This document shows positions 1 through 10,668 of a DNA stretch of 64,000 nt, piece after piece. A program made the position numbers and the translations under genes. Numbering within the stretch: the stretch's first letter is position 1; every line of letters begins with the position of its first letter. The stretch is from contig JAYVHM010000001.1 in NCBI GenBank assembly GCA_043771335.1, forward strand, positions 92,901 through 156,900, given 5' to 3'. Origin of the DNA: a bacterium. Its GTDB lineage: Bacteria; Patescibacteriota; Minisyncoccia; Phycocordibacterales; UBA5272. A model generated the notes under the pieces. The model did no database searches. It saw only the letters and a list, made by a program, of their open reading frames with translations, and was not told where the DNA came from.

Positions 1-42
1 AATACCAATTATTATTAGTATTTAATAAATAAAAATACACAC

Positions 43-78
43 AGAAAAAAACCCAAATTTAAAATTTAGGTTTTTTCT
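43..78. terminator. Inverted repeat, probable intrinsic terminator
   Basis: agaaaaaaacccaaattt / aaatttaggttttttct near-perfect stem with A/T tails. Confidence 0.5.
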
Positions 79-105
79 ATGTTATAATTATAAAAGAATA
101 AAAAT

Positions 106-1278
106 ATGTTAGACAAAAATAAAAAGAAACATTTACTAATGATTAGTTTTATAATATCCATACTCTATGCCCTACACTTTGCGATACCGTTATATGTTAC
201 CTCTACTTATTTAGCTAATTTTATACAGACTTCTTATATTGGTATTGTCTACAGCTTTATGGGACTGTTTTCATTTTTGTTAAGTATGTATTTGGGTAGA
301 TTTGTAAAGAAATATCATAGCTATAACACGTCACTATTAATTTTGCTTATTGGCTTCGTCTCTACCCTTAGCCTATCTTTTCTTACAGAAACCTGGATGA
401 TTGTTGTAGCTTTTGTGCTCAGTAATACTTGTAGTTTTTTATTCTTTTCTATACTTAACTTTTTTATCGAGGAGTTCGACAGTGATGGTGAGACTGGTGA
501 GACGCGTGGTATATTTTTAACACTTATGAATGTAGGTATCTTATTTGCAGCCTTATCTGCTGGACAGATATTATCACTATATTCTTTTTCTGTATTATGG
601 ACCATAAGTGCTGCATGTCTTATTCCTATCATGTTCCTAATAAGACACAACTATGCACATATTCCTGATCCAAAATTTAGAAATCCAAGCATGTTATCAG
701 CAGTTAAGCATGTGATGCATAACAAAAATATTTTTGCTGTTTTCTTAGCTCTACTATCTTTAGAATGTTTTTTTGTAACAATGTCCATATATGCACCTAC
801 AGTATTAAAGAATAACTTAGACATAAGTTTAGAGACATACTTATCTTTTATATTACCTTTTGCTCTTATTCCTTTTGTTGTCTTTCCTTATCAGCTCGGA
901 GTAATAGCAGATAAAAGATATGGAGAAAAAGAGATGCTAGTTATCGGTATTATAATGTTAATTATAATAGGTATAGTTTTTCCAAATATAAGTAATGTCA
1001 GCATGCTTACCGTTGCTCTATTTTTATTTATTTCTCGTATAGCTGCATCTCTAGTTGAGAGTATGTGCACTATTTATTTTTATAAAAAAGTAAATGCGGG
1101 GGAGATTTCTATTATCGCTCTTTTTAGCAGCATCAGAGTTATAGCATACATCATAATGCCACTCTTTTCTTCTGTTATATTATATTCCGGATTATCTATT
1201 GCTTATATATTTTACTTTCTAGCCTTAATGATGATCTACTCACTATACAAATTAAAAAACTTAGTAGATACAAAATAA
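106..1278 (+). CDS. MFS transporter
   Basis: 390 aa, about 12 hydrophobic segments, MFS motif-A-like GVIADKRYGEK. Confidence 0.85.
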   Translation: MLDKNKKKHLLMISFIISILYALHFAIPLYVTSTYLANFIQTSYIGIVYSFMGLFSFLLSMYLGRFVKKYHSYNTSLLILLIGFVSTLSLSFLTETWMIVVAFVLSNTCSFLFFSILNFFIEEFDSDGETGETRGIFLTLMNVGILFAALSAGQILSLYSFSVLWTISAACLIPIMFLIRHNYAHIPDPKFRNPSMLSAVKHVMHNKNIFAVFLALLSLECFFVTMSIYAPTVLKNNLDISLETYLSFILPFALIPFVVFPYQLGVIADKRYGEKEMLVIGIIMLIIIGIVFPNISNVSMLTVALFLFISRIAASLVESMCTIYFYKKVNAGEISIIALFSSIRVIAYIIMPLFSSVILYSGLSIAYIFYFLALMMIYSLYKLKNLVDTK

Positions 1279-1280
1279 GC

Positions 1281-1309
1281 TTGCCAAATAGTATATTTTA
1301 TGATATTAT
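1281..1309 (+). promoter_or_regulatory. Sigma70 promoter, leaderless type
   Basis: TTGCCA-17 nt-TATTAT with TG extension; ATG 6 nt downstream. Confidence 0.6.
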
Positions 1310-1315
1310 ATACAG

Positions 1316-1987
1316 ATGAAAATAACAATCACGAAAGAAAATAGAATCAACAAAGCTCTGCAAGAAACAGGCTTTTATTCTCGTCGTGAAGCCGACCGTC
1401 TTGTCGAATCAAGGAAAGTTCATATTAATGGAGAAAGAGCTGTCCTGGGTCAAATATTAAAGATTGGAGACGAGCTAGAGGTGCGTGCTGGCTCAGACTA
1501 TATAACAAAAGAACTTCGCTATGCCCTGTATAATAAACCAATAGGTGAAGTTACCGAAGTTAAAAATTCTGAAGGATTAAAAGATTTACATCCAGTAGGA
1601 AGATTAGATAAGGAGTCAGAAGGACTCTTGATGTATACTAATGACCCGACTTTAACAGAAGAGATGCTAAACCCTGAAAATAAAATAGAAAAAGAATACA
1701 GAGTAAAGACTAGAGAGAAAATGACACCGCGAGTAGAGAAAATAATGCTTAGTGGTATGTATACCCAAGAAGCGCAATATGCTCCGGCTAAAAAAGTAAC
1801 TATTGAAGATGGTGGTCACTACGTTAATGTAACATTAATAGAAGGTAAAAAGCATGAGATACGCAGAATGTTAAACGCTTTGAATATAACCATTGTAAGT
1901 CTTCGCAGAATCAGAATACATAATATGAGATTAGGTGCGATGAAGCCTGGATCATTTAAGAAAATAGAAAGGCCTGATCTAAGTTAA
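1316..1987 (+). CDS. rRNA pseudouridine synthase, RsuA/RluB/RluF family
   Basis: S4 domain (SRREADRLV), YNKP, catalytic GRLDKESEGLL, EGKKHEIRRM. Confidence 0.92.
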   Translation: MKITITKENRINKALQETGFYSRREADRLVESRKVHINGERAVLGQILKIGDELEVRAGSDYITKELRYALYNKPIGEVTEVKNSEGLKDLHPVGRLDKESEGLLMYTNDPTLTEEMLNPENKIEKEYRVKTREKMTPRVEKIMLSGMYTQEAQYAPAKKVTIEDGGHYVNVTLIEGKKHEIRRMLNALNITIVSLRRIRIHNMRLGAMKPGSFKKIERPDLS

Positions 1988-2040
1988 AAATAAAATAATA
2001 GGCGACACCAAAGGTGTCGCCTATTATTTTATTTTTAACT
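1982..2040. terminator. Bidirectional intrinsic terminator
   Basis: Perfect 28-bp inverted repeat with AAA loop (ggcgacacc-aaa-ggtgtcgcc core) between convergent genes. Confidence 0.85.
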
Positions 2041-2110
2041 ATTTCTTAGCTACTACTTTCTTTGCTTTTTTAGTTTCTTTTCTGTGTAAATCTCTTCCTT
2101 GTTTTGACAT
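2039..2110 (-). CDS. Small basic peptide, 23 aa (MSKQGRDLHRKETKKAKKVVAKK)
   Basis: Translated by hand; A-rich ...ATAAAAT-ATG context like other genes; stop abuts the terminator. Confidence 0.55.
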   Translation of the reverse strand: MSKQGRDLHRKETKKAKKVVAKK

Positions 2111-2157
2111 ATTTTATTTTTTAATATTCTTTTTCTTTTAATACTTTTATACATTAA

Positions 2158-3252
2158 TTATATTATATTTTTTATCTTAAAAATAATCTTATCCACAATA
2201 GAAAGAACAATACTTTTCTTTCTTCTTTTTACATTTATAGCTTTTCCATTTTTATCTAAATTATTCTTTATGTAATCTAAAACTTTTGTCTCGACTTCAG
2301 AATAAGTATTAGTATCAAAAAGTTTTTCACGTAATTCTTTTGCCCCATCAAAGCCATTTACATATGCTTTGTAATGCTTCTTCATAATAGAAAAACTTTT
2401 AATGTCACTTAATTTTTCTTCAAAGAGTTTTGTATGTTCTAACATAATTTCTAATTTTTCTTTTAAATTATATTCTAAATTATTTTTATATCTCTCTACA
2501 TTGAATAACCACGGGGTTCCAAAAACTCCTCGACCTATCATTGCTCCATCGAAATTATATTTTTCATATAATTCATTACTTTGTTTTAAACTTTTAATAT
2601 CACCATTAATAATTAAAATAGTTTCTGGAGAAAGTTTTCTTACTAACTCTTGTATCTCATTTATAAGTTCAAAATGTGCTGGGACGAGTGACATTTCTTT
2701 TTTAGTTCTAAGATGTACTGTGAGAACTGGAATGTTACATTCTAATATTTTTGGTAGCCATTCTGTATACTCTATTTTATTAAAACCTATTCTTGTCTTT
2801 ACTGAAACTGGTATTTTACCTTCTACCCCTCTCTGTGCTGCACGTATAATTTCTTGTGCTAAGTCTGGAGTAGTTATTAGCTTTGCTCCTGCACCCTGAT
2901 TACCGATGGTCACAACTGGACATCCCATGTTAATATCTACTCCATCAAATCCTAACTCTAGGCACAGCTTTGCAGCACCTTCCATATTTTCTGGAACACT
3001 AGTGAAAAGCTGCGCTACCACTGGGCGCTCTGCTTCATTATACTCGAGGTCCCTCTTTAACACTTCGCGCCCAGCACTCATGAGCCCATTACAAGACACA
3101 AACTCAGTCCAGGTTACGTCAGGCTTACCATATTTTGCTATCATATAACGAAATGCCACGTCAGTTACATCCGCCATAGGAGCTAATGTATATATTGGTC
3201 TATTTTCTTTTTTGGCTTTTTCATATACCTCTGCCCAAAATCCTTTTATCAT
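2158..3252 (-). CDS. dus: tRNA-dihydrouridine synthase (Dus family)
   Basis: LAPMADVTD, DINMGCP, SVKTRIG, INGDI, MIGRG motifs. Confidence 0.93.
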   Translation of the reverse strand: MIKGFWAEVYEKAKKENRPIYTLAPMADVTDVAFRYMIAKYGKPDVTWTEFVSCNGLMSAGREVLKRDLEYNEAERPVVAQLFTSVPENMEGAAKLCLELGFDGVDINMGCPVVTIGNQGAGAKLITTPDLAQEIIRAAQRGVEGKIPVSVKTRIGFNKIEYTEWLPKILECNIPVLTVHLRTKKEMSLVPAHFELINEIQELVRKLSPETILIINGDIKSLKQSNELYEKYNFDGAMIGRGVFGTPWLFNVERYKNNLEYNLKEKLEIMLEHTKLFEEKLSDIKSFSIMKKHYKAYVNGFDGAKELREKLFDTNTYSEVETKVLDYIKNNLDKNGKAINVKRRKKSIVLSIVDKIIFKIKNII

Positions 3253-3257
3253 ATTTT

Positions 3258-4505
3258 TTAATTCTTAATTTTAAAAGATTTTCTAATCAGGGTTAGACCA
3301 ACCATCGCAACCATCGCAAGAAAAATCAAATTACCCCTGTACTGGACCTGAACTCCAAAAGATGAAAGCAGGAAGAATATAACTATCCAAATAATAGGTC
3401 CAAAAATAGTTGCAGCTCTTTCAAAAATTATGAACGCACTAAAATACATGGCCTGTGAATCTTTTGGTATTATACTAGAATATATAGACCTAGCGAGTGG
3501 GAAGAATAGTCCATATGCAATTCCGGCAAAGATAAGTGTAGTAAATACAAAATAGATATTAGTTGGAGATAGCGCGAAACATAAAAAAGCAAAGACATAT
3601 ACAACTCCTCCAATCAGTAATAATTTATTTTTGTTCTCAAATTTATTAACATATCTCCCAAGAAACATGCAAGTAGAAAAAAGTGCCAGCAAGCTGATTG
3701 CTCCACCTATACTCGTCATTTTATCTGTAAACCCAAAAACATTTTTCATATATAATGATAAGTAAACCTGAAGCGTAGATATAGAATCTGCTACTAGCAT
3801 ATACCCTATTAAAAAATACAAAACTTTTTTATTTTCTTTTATCTTTAATAAAAACTTTTTATAAGAAAAAAATTCTAAATTTTTATTAATTAATCCCCCT
3901 TTGTAGTTAAAAGAACTAGAAAATAGAAATGGATACGCTAAAAATAAAAATATAAAGGCTCCTAAAAATATTGCAAGGCTTTTATCGAAAAGCCCAAACA
4001 GTGTGACACCAGAACCAATAATAAGTGCACCCATCAATCCTATACTAATGGCATTGCCCAGCTGACCTATACCTAATCCAAAACTAGAGACTTTATTTTT
4101 GTCTGATCCTTCATTTTCAAAATCTTGCATCATAGCTGAATAAAAAACATAAGAACCCTGAAAAGATATTTGAAATATTATATACAAAACCGAAAGTATG
4201 GCAAGTGTTGTAAAACTAAATACTTCATTAGTATTTGAGATAAATGCTAATAATAACAAAGAGAGAGACATTACAAAAGAAGATATCTTAATATATAAAA
4301 TTCTTTTAGACTTAGAAATGTCTGCACTATTCCCTAGTTTTGGATAAAAACTTAAAAGTATAATAGTTGAAATGACGACAGAGATTCCAATCCATGTGTC
4401 ACTAGCCCCTTTTTCAGAAAGTAAAAGTGGAAAGAAGAATACTATAACAGATGATGCAAAAGAATTTGCAAAATCATACAGATACCACAGTTTTATTTTG
4501 GACAT
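3258..4505 (-). CDS. MFS transporter, UMF1/Atg22-like
   Basis: N-terminal WYLYDFANS motif, about 12 TM; start moved to MSKIKL downstream of TGTTATAAT. Confidence 0.85.
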   Translation of the reverse strand: MSKIKLWYLYDFANSFASSVIVFFFPLLLSEKGASDTWIGISVVISTIILLSFYPKLGNSADISKSKRILYIKISSFVMSLSLLLLAFISNTNEVFSFTTLAILSVLYIIFQISFQGSYVFYSAMMQDFENEGSDKNKVSSFGLGIGQLGNAISIGLMGALIIGSGVTLFGLFDKSLAIFLGAFIFLFLAYPFLFSSSFNYKGGLINKNLEFFSYKKFLLKIKENKKVLYFLIGYMLVADSISTLQVYLSLYMKNVFGFTDKMTSIGGAISLLALFSTCMFLGRYVNKFENKNKLLLIGGVVYVFAFLCFALSPTNIYFVFTTLIFAGIAYGLFFPLARSIYSSIIPKDSQAMYFSAFIIFERAATIFGPIIWIVIFFLLSSFGVQVQYRGNLIFLAMVAMVGLTLIRKSFKIKN

Positions 4506-4540
4506 ATTTTTATTAGGACAATTATAACACAAAAACGACA

Positions 4541-5134
4541 TTAAATCGCTTCTGTGCTAGTTGCGGCTACCGCTGAATAATCTTCTTTTAGCTTATAAAA
4601 AACTTTTGCATCAAATCGAAGATCTATGTATTCTAATTTTTTACCTTTTTTAATTAGAGATTCTAATTCATTACTCATATATACACTAACAAAATTAACC
4701 CAGGCATTCTCTAAATTATCTTTGATTTTTAATTTTATATCAAAATTAGACATCTTTTGTATATTTACTCTTGCCTTACTTTTAACGTCTTGAGATACAT
4801 TAAAAATAATTTGATTGCTTGTAGTTGAGGTTTTTATTTCTAAAGTTTCCAAATCTATTTTTTTTAATTTATTCACAAAAAGACTTAGCCATAATTTATC
4901 TTCGTAACTTAGAACCCTCCCCCCTATTGTAGTTGGTAATATTATTTCTTCTTTTTTGTTAACATACTCTACATAATTCTTATTAAAAATCTCTCCCCAT
5001 TTTATTATTTTAAATACACCATAAATTATAACCAAAACCATAAATACCCACATAGAGACTTTTAAAAAGTATTTTAATTTGATTTTAAAATTTTCTATTA
5101 TGTCGCTAATATCATGATTGCTCTTTATTTTCAT
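4541..5134 (-). CDS. Single-TM protein with FtsQ/DivIB-like C-terminus
   Basis: N-terminal TM; C-terminal LEYIDLRFDAKVFYK motif typical of FtsQ-like proteins. Confidence 0.55.
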   Translation of the reverse strand: MKIKSNHDISDIIENFKIKLKYFLKVSMWVFMVLVIIYGVFKIIKWGEIFNKNYVEYVNKKEEIILPTTIGGRVLSYEDKLWLSLFVNKLKKIDLETLEIKTSTTSNQIIFNVSQDVKSKARVNIQKMSNFDIKLKIKDNLENAWVNFVSVYMSNELESLIKKGKKLEYIDLRFDAKVFYKLKEDYSAVAATSTEAI

Positions 5135-5193
5135 TTGTTTTTAATTATTTTTTATACAACATTTTTATGTTATAATGCTATTAATATAATAAC

Positions 5194-6735
5194 ATGAAAT
5201 TAAAGATTTTTAACACTCAAAGTAGACAAGAAGAGGATTTTATACCTATCAATGAAAAAGAAATCCAATTATATTCTTGTGGCCCTACTGTCTATCATTA
5301 TCAGCATCTTGGGAATATGCGCTCTTTTGTCTTTGCAGATATTTTGAATAATACCCTATCTGCCCTGTATCCAGAATCTGAGATTACTCATGTTATAAAT
5401 ATAACAGATGTTGGTCACTTAGTCGGTGATGGCAATGACGGTGAGGACAAGATGGAAAAAGGAAGCAAGAGAACAGGTAAAACTACTTGGGAAATATCAA
5501 AATATTACACTGAAGACTTTTTACAATGCCTCAACGCATTAAATATTGGAGACAATGAATACATAAAATCAAAAGTAAAAGATGGAGAGATTTACACAGT
5601 AGAGAATTATAAAAAAGAAAAAATAATTAGTGACAAATATACTTTTGTACGTGCCACTGATTATATAAAAGAACAAATAGACCTCATTAAAAAATTAGAA
5701 GAAAAAGGTTACACTTATGCAACTAGTGATGGTATTTATTTTGATACTAGTAAATATGCTAAGTATGCGGATTTTGCAAAATTAAATGTAAAAGGATTAG
5801 AAAGTGGAAAGAGAGTTGAGGATGTTAATGGTGAAAAGAAAAATATTACAGACTTTGCCTTGTGGAAATTTTCTCCAAAGGATGAGACAAGACAAATGGA
5901 GTGGGAGTCGCCATGGGGAATAGGATTTCCAGGTTGGCACATAGAATGCTCTGCCATGAGTGAGGCGATACTAGGTAAGAATTTTGATATACACACAGGT
6001 GGTATAGACCATATACCGGTGCATCATACAAATGAGATAGCTCAGAGTGTCTGCGCTCATAGTGGTGAGAATACAGAAAATAAATTTGTAAATTATTGGA
6101 TGCATAATAACTTTTTAAATGATGCAAGTGGCAAGATGGCTAAGAGCAACGATGATTTTTTGAGACTGGAAACTTTAACTGACAAAGATTATGACCCTTC
6201 AGCTTATAGATATTTATTATTAACTACTAATTACAGAAAAGAATTAGAATTCTCTTATGAATCTCTTGATGCTGCGAGTAATGCATTAAAGAAGTTACAA
6301 AAGTATATGCATGAAGCAGCAAAAAATGTAGATAATATTATTGACGCTACAAAATATAGAATAAATGAAGATTGGTATAATAAATTTCTAGAGGCAATGT
6401 GTGAGGATTTGAACACTAGTCGCGCACTTGCTGTTATGTGGGAGCTGATAAATCTTGAAAAAGAAAATAATAAATTAGTAGAAAGTTCAGAAAAAAATGA
6501 AAACAAAAACAAATCAGAGTCTCTACATGTCTACTCTACCATACTTAAAATGAACAAAGTTCTGGGTCTTAATTTATCTTTTTCAAAAGATGTAAATGAG
6601 TTAAGTCATGAAGACCAAGAGATAGTCGATGATTTATTTGCAAAAAGAAAAGCCGCCCGTGAGTCAAAAGACTGGGCGACTAGTGATGACCTCCGCGAAC
6701 AAATCAAAGCCTTTGGTGTGGAGGTGGTGGATTAA
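5194..6735 (+). CDS. cysS: Cysteine--tRNA ligase
   Basis: CGPTVY, HLGN (HIGH), GFPGWHIECSAM, KMAKS (KMSKS). Confidence 0.97.
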   Translation: MKLKIFNTQSRQEEDFIPINEKEIQLYSCGPTVYHYQHLGNMRSFVFADILNNTLSALYPESEITHVINITDVGHLVGDGNDGEDKMEKGSKRTGKTTWEISKYYTEDFLQCLNALNIGDNEYIKSKVKDGEIYTVENYKKEKIISDKYTFVRATDYIKEQIDLIKKLEEKGYTYATSDGIYFDTSKYAKYADFAKLNVKGLESGKRVEDVNGEKKNITDFALWKFSPKDETRQMEWESPWGIGFPGWHIECSAMSEAILGKNFDIHTGGIDHIPVHHTNEIAQSVCAHSGENTENKFVNYWMHNNFLNDASGKMAKSNDDFLRLETLTDKDYDPSAYRYLLLTTNYRKELEFSYESLDAASNALKKLQKYMHEAAKNVDNIIDATKYRINEDWYNKFLEAMCEDLNTSRALAVMWELINLEKENNKLVESSEKNENKNKSESLHVYSTILKMNKVLGLNLSFSKDVNELSHEDQEIVDDLFAKRKAARESKDWATSDDLREQIKAFGVEVVD

Positions 6736-6737
6736 AA

Positions 6738-9332
6738 TTATTTATTTTTCAAGACTTTCTTCAAATACTTTCCAGTATGCGAGTTTTTATTATTAGCTAC
6801 GTCCTCTGGAGTGCCGTGAGCTACCAAGTTACCACCACCGACTCCACCCTCTGGTCCTATGTCCATGATATAGTCTGCGTTTTTTATAATATCAAGATTA
6901 TGCTCGATAAGCACTACAGTATTACCTTTGTCTACTAATTTATTTAAAATCTCTATAAGCTTTGCAATATCATCATAATGCAGTCCTATAGACGGCTCAT
7001 CTAAAAGATATATAGTTTTTTCTACGTGTGGTCTGTAAAGTTCTGAAGAAATTTTAACTCTTTGAGCCTCTCCTCCTGATAATGTGGTCGCACTTTGGCC
7101 AAGTTTTAAATATCCAAGACCTACGTCATTCATACTTTTAATACGATCATGTATCGCTGGTATATCCTCAAAAAAAGTTAAGGCCTCTTCTACTGTTAGC
7201 TCTAATATTTCATAAATATTTTTCCCTTTCCATTTTACTTCGAGAGTCTCCTTCATGAATCTCTTACCATTACAAACATCACAAGTCACATATACTGTTG
7301 GCAGGAAATGCATCTCCACAGCTATCTCACCATTACCGTCACATGCCTCACAGCGACCACCAGGAACATTAAAAGAGAATCGGCCAGCTTTCCACCCACG
7401 TAGTCTCGCCTCCTCTGTCTCACAGAAAATATCACGTATATGACCCCATGCTCCGGTATAAGTTGCTGGATTAGACCTTGGTGTTCTACCTATTGCAGAC
7501 TGATCTATTAAAACTAAACGTGATAAATATTCAGAGCCGGTAAAACTTTCACAGTTAAATGTCTTTGCACTTCTCTGTCTTTTTTCTAATCTAGCTTCTA
7601 GATTTCTATTTATTACTTCATACATAAGAGTAGACTTTCCAGATCCAGAGACACCAGTAATCACACTCATAACTTTTAGTGGGACTTTTACATCCATATT
7701 TTTAATATTAAAAGCATTCGCACCTTTTATTATTAATTCACCATGTTTTTCACGTCTATTTTTGCTATAAGGTATAGACACCTCACCACGAAGATAAGCA
7801 AGTGTTCTTGATTTTGATTTATTAGTTTTTGCAGTGAGCAAGTCTTCTAGATAATCAGCAACTATAACCTGACCACCATGCACTCCTGCCGCTGGACCAA
7901 TCTCAACCATAAAATCGCTGGCAAAAATAGTGTCTTCATCATGCTCAACCACGATAATAGTATTACCCATATCACGTAGCTCAGTTAAAGTTTTTATCAA
8001 TCTATCATTGTCTCTCTGATGTAAGCCAATAGTCGGCTCATCCAATACATATAATGCACCCACTAACTTACTTCCGAGTTGTGAAGCGAGTCTTATTCTC
8101 TGTGCTTCACCACCCGATAGGGTGTCGGCACGCCTGTTAAGTTGCAAATAATTAAGTCCCACATTCAACATAAAAACTAATCTACTTTGTATCTCAGAAA
8201 TTACCACTTTTGCTATTTCTTTTTCTTTGTCAGTTAGATTTAAATTATCAAAATATTTTCTAGCATCCTCAATAGACAAGTCAGTAACATCTACTATATT
8301 TATCTTGTTCTCATCATCAAGAAAAACATTGAGCGCTTCTTTTCTTAGTCTCTTTCCATTACAATCTTCACATGGGTCCAGTGCTCCCATGTACTTTACA
8401 CCGAGACCATTACAAGACACACATGCCCCATAAGGTGAGTTAAAAGAAAATAATCTCGGCTCTATCTCAGGAAAAGAAAATCCACAATTAGCACAAGAAA
8501 ACTTATTGCTCATAATATTTTTCTCACCAAGTATGTCGAACTCTACCAGACCGTCACTCTCTGTTACTGCGCGCTCTACTGCTTCATTTAACCTCATTAA
8601 GGCATCTTTGTTCTTATCTTTTAACTTAAACTCATCTATTGCTATCTCATCTACTATTAGTGATATTTCATGTTTTTTATTTTTATCCATTTCTATTCTC
8701 TCACGCAGACTTTTTCTCTCACCATCAATCATAATCTCAGTGTAACCTTTTCCTAAAAAGTCGTACAACATCTGATAATGCTCACCTTTTCTGCCACGTA
8801 TTATAGGAGAAAGTATCACTACATTTTTATGAGAAAACTCTACCCCCATCACAGACTTTTTTATATCTTCGTATTTTACTTTTTTGATTTTCTCTAATAC
8901 AAAGTTGATAATCTCTTCATTACTTAATCTCTGTATTTTACTTCCACAGTCCACACAGTATGGCTTGCCGACACGAGCATACAAAACTCTCAAGTAGTCA
9001 TATATCTCAGTGATGGTCGCAACTGTCGAGCGGGGATTTCTGCCTGCTGATTTCTGATCTATTGATATTGCTGGTGACAGGCCGACTATCTCATCTACGT
9101 CAGGCTTTTGCATTTGATTTAAAAATTGTCTAGCATAAGCGCTCAGACTCTCTACATACCTCCTCTGACCTTCAGCAAAAATAGTATCAAAAGCAAGTGA
9201 AGATTTTCCGCTACCAGAAAGGCCAGTAAAAACAATCATTTTATTCCTTGGCAATTCTACTGTTATATTTTTTAGATTATGTGTGCGGGCACCACGAACT
9301 ATTATCTTTTCTATTTCTTTACTCTTACTCAT
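6738..9332 (-). CDS. uvrA: Excinuclease ABC subunit A
   Basis: Two ABC ATPase domains ([24 protein letters not shown] x2), Zn fingers; start set at ATG of MSKSKE. Confidence 0.97.
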   Translation of the reverse strand: MSKSKEIEKIIVRGARTHNLKNITVELPRNKMIVFTGLSGSGKSSLAFDTIFAEGQRRYVESLSAYARQFLNQMQKPDVDEIVGLSPAISIDQKSAGRNPRSTVATITEIYDYLRVLYARVGKPYCVDCGSKIQRLSNEEIINFVLEKIKKVKYEDIKKSVMGVEFSHKNVVILSPIIRGRKGEHYQMLYDFLGKGYTEIMIDGERKSLRERIEMDKNKKHEISLIVDEIAIDEFKLKDKNKDALMRLNEAVERAVTESDGLVEFDILGEKNIMSNKFSCANCGFSFPEIEPRLFSFNSPYGACVSCNGLGVKYMGALDPCEDCNGKRLRKEALNVFLDDENKINIVDVTDLSIEDARKYFDNLNLTDKEKEIAKVVISEIQSRLVFMLNVGLNYLQLNRRADTLSGGEAQRIRLASQLGSKLVGALYVLDEPTIGLHQRDNDRLIKTLTELRDMGNTIIVVEHDEDTIFASDFMVEIGPAAGVHGGQVIVADYLEDLLTAKTNKSKSRTLAYLRGEVSIPYSKNRREKHGELIIKGANAFNIKNMDVKVPLKVMSVITGVSGSGKSTLMYEVINRNLEARLEKRQRSAKTFNCESFTGSEYLSRLVLIDQSAIGRTPRSNPATYTGAWGHIRDIFCETEEARLRGWKAGRFSFNVPGGRCEACDGNGEIAVEMHFLPTVYVTCDVCNGKRFMKETLEVKWKGKNIYEILELTVEEALTFFEDIPAIHDRIKSMNDVGLGYLKLGQSATTLSGGEAQRVKISSELYRPHVEKTIYLLDEPSIGLHYDDIAKLIEILNKLVDKGNTVVLIEHNLDIIKNADYIMDIGPEGGVGGGNLVAHGTPEDVANNKNSHTGKYLKKVLKNK

Positions 9333-9440
9333 ATTTAGCTTTTTCTTATATAGATTATACAACAAAAAAGACTAATTCACAATACAAAAAATGAGTACAA
9401 ATAATTTGCTTTATTCTATATTATTGCTATAATTAGTATT

Positions 9441-9728
9441 ATGTCATTAGAAAAAATAGGTGCATTCACTGAAAACTTAGCAAAATCAATATTTGGAAAG
9501 ACTTTGGAGAGAAAAGATATCTATGAAGCTGGTAATAGCTTTGTAAATAATACGACTAAGAAAAGATTCGTAGTAACTGGAACATTTAATGGTGTAGTAG
9601 AATATGTAGAATTAGACTTAAAAGATCACTTTGAATTTAAAGCCATGGATTTTGTAAGCATAGAAAAAAATAAAACTCCTATGGAGAATTTTGAAAAAAC
9701 GCTCTTAGATCTTGGTTATCAATTATAA
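9441..9728 (+). CDS. Hypothetical protein (leaderless)
   Basis: 95-aa ORF, TGcTATAAT 7 nt before ATG, own terminator. Confidence 0.7.
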   Translation: MSLEKIGAFTENLAKSIFGKTLERKDIYEAGNSFVNNTTKKRFVVTGTFNGVVEYVELDLKDHFEFKAMDFVSIEKNKTPMENFEKTLLDLGYQL

Positions 9729-9733
9729 TCACT

Positions 9734-9774
9734 AAAATAAAATAGCGGCGCCTTCGGCGCCGCTATTTTATTTT
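9734..9774. terminator. Bidirectional intrinsic terminator
   Basis: aaaataaaatagcggcgcc-ttc-ggcgccgctattttatttt perfect stem (cUUCGg loop). Confidence 0.85.
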
Positions 9775-9834
9775 GTTTTAAAAGCCTATATAATTACTAA
9801 AGCTGAAACAAAATAATCCTAAAAAATATTTAGA

Positions 9835-10473
9835 TTATTTTACATCAACTGATTTTAATATATCAGATACTTCAGCATTATTTACTGTCGCACTTTCTAC
9901 ATATATTAACCAATCTTTGTTAGTGGCAGTTTTAAGATGCCATTCTGTAGCACCGCTCTCTGCTCTGGTCCATACAGATGATCCGTAATCAGCATTAGCA
10001 GGTGCACTGATATTTGGCACTGATTTTTTAATAGTCTCAGTAACATACTCCTCAGGAGTAGCACCACGTGCACCATTAAAATAAAAATACACAGTCGCAA
10101 CTTTTTCTCCTTTTGCATTATTTACAGTATAAAGATTTGCAGTTTTAGCAGAAGTCGTGACACTGTTCACATCGCTGTAATCAAAAGTAGCTTCTGCATT
10201 ATTATCTCCTTCAAAATTATGTTTTAAAGAAGTGTCAAAAGTCGTAAGGACAGCATTAGTGGTCGTGCTCATGCTATTTTCTATTTTTATGTTAGACATT
10301 TTAGATCTTTTCATAAGGTGCAATGCTCCCTTAGCAATAGCATAACCAAGAGCGAGCCCAAGGACAGCATATAATGCAAGTGATGCATACATTTTCAAAT
10401 TTTTCTTTTCTAAAAGATTCTTAGAATTAGAATTATTATTGTTATTATTATTATTGTTGTTATTATTTGACAT
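9835..10473 (-). CDS. Membrane-anchored hypothetical protein with N-terminal poly-Asn
   Basis: Poly-N tract, one TM (YASLALYAVLGLALGYAIA), polar exported-type domain. Confidence 0.7.
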   Translation of the reverse strand: MSNNNNNNNNNNNNSNSKNLLEKKNLKMYASLALYAVLGLALGYAIAKGALHLMKRSKMSNIKIENSMSTTTNAVLTTFDTSLKHNFEGDNNAEATFDYSDVNSVTTSAKTANLYTVNNAKGEKVATVYFYFNGARGATPEEYVTETIKKSVPNISAPANADYGSSVWTRAESGATEWHLKTATNKDWLIYVESATVNNAEVSDILKSVDVK

Positions 10474-10603
10474 ATGTTTTAGTGTGTACACACTGATCAG
10501 ATTACTATGGCTGATCTAATACATATTATATCAAATATTTACTTCAGTTAGTATATTGACAAAGTTTATTTTTATATCAAATATAATAATTATATAAAAT
10601 AAA

Positions 10604-10633
10604 AACACTAGATTTAATTAAAAGTCTAGTGTT
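10604..10633 (-). terminator. Intrinsic terminator of ndk-like gene
   Basis: aacactaga...tctagtgtt stem with A-run on the + strand side. Confidence 0.55.
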
Positions 10634-10668
10634 GATTTCACTTTTTATTTAGAAGTAATCCCTTTAAA

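Noticed and set aside
2189-2197. DnaA box TTATCCACA
   Set aside because: Lies inside the dus coding sequence (IVDK); may be chance, although it is about 80 nt upstream of the 23-aa peptide
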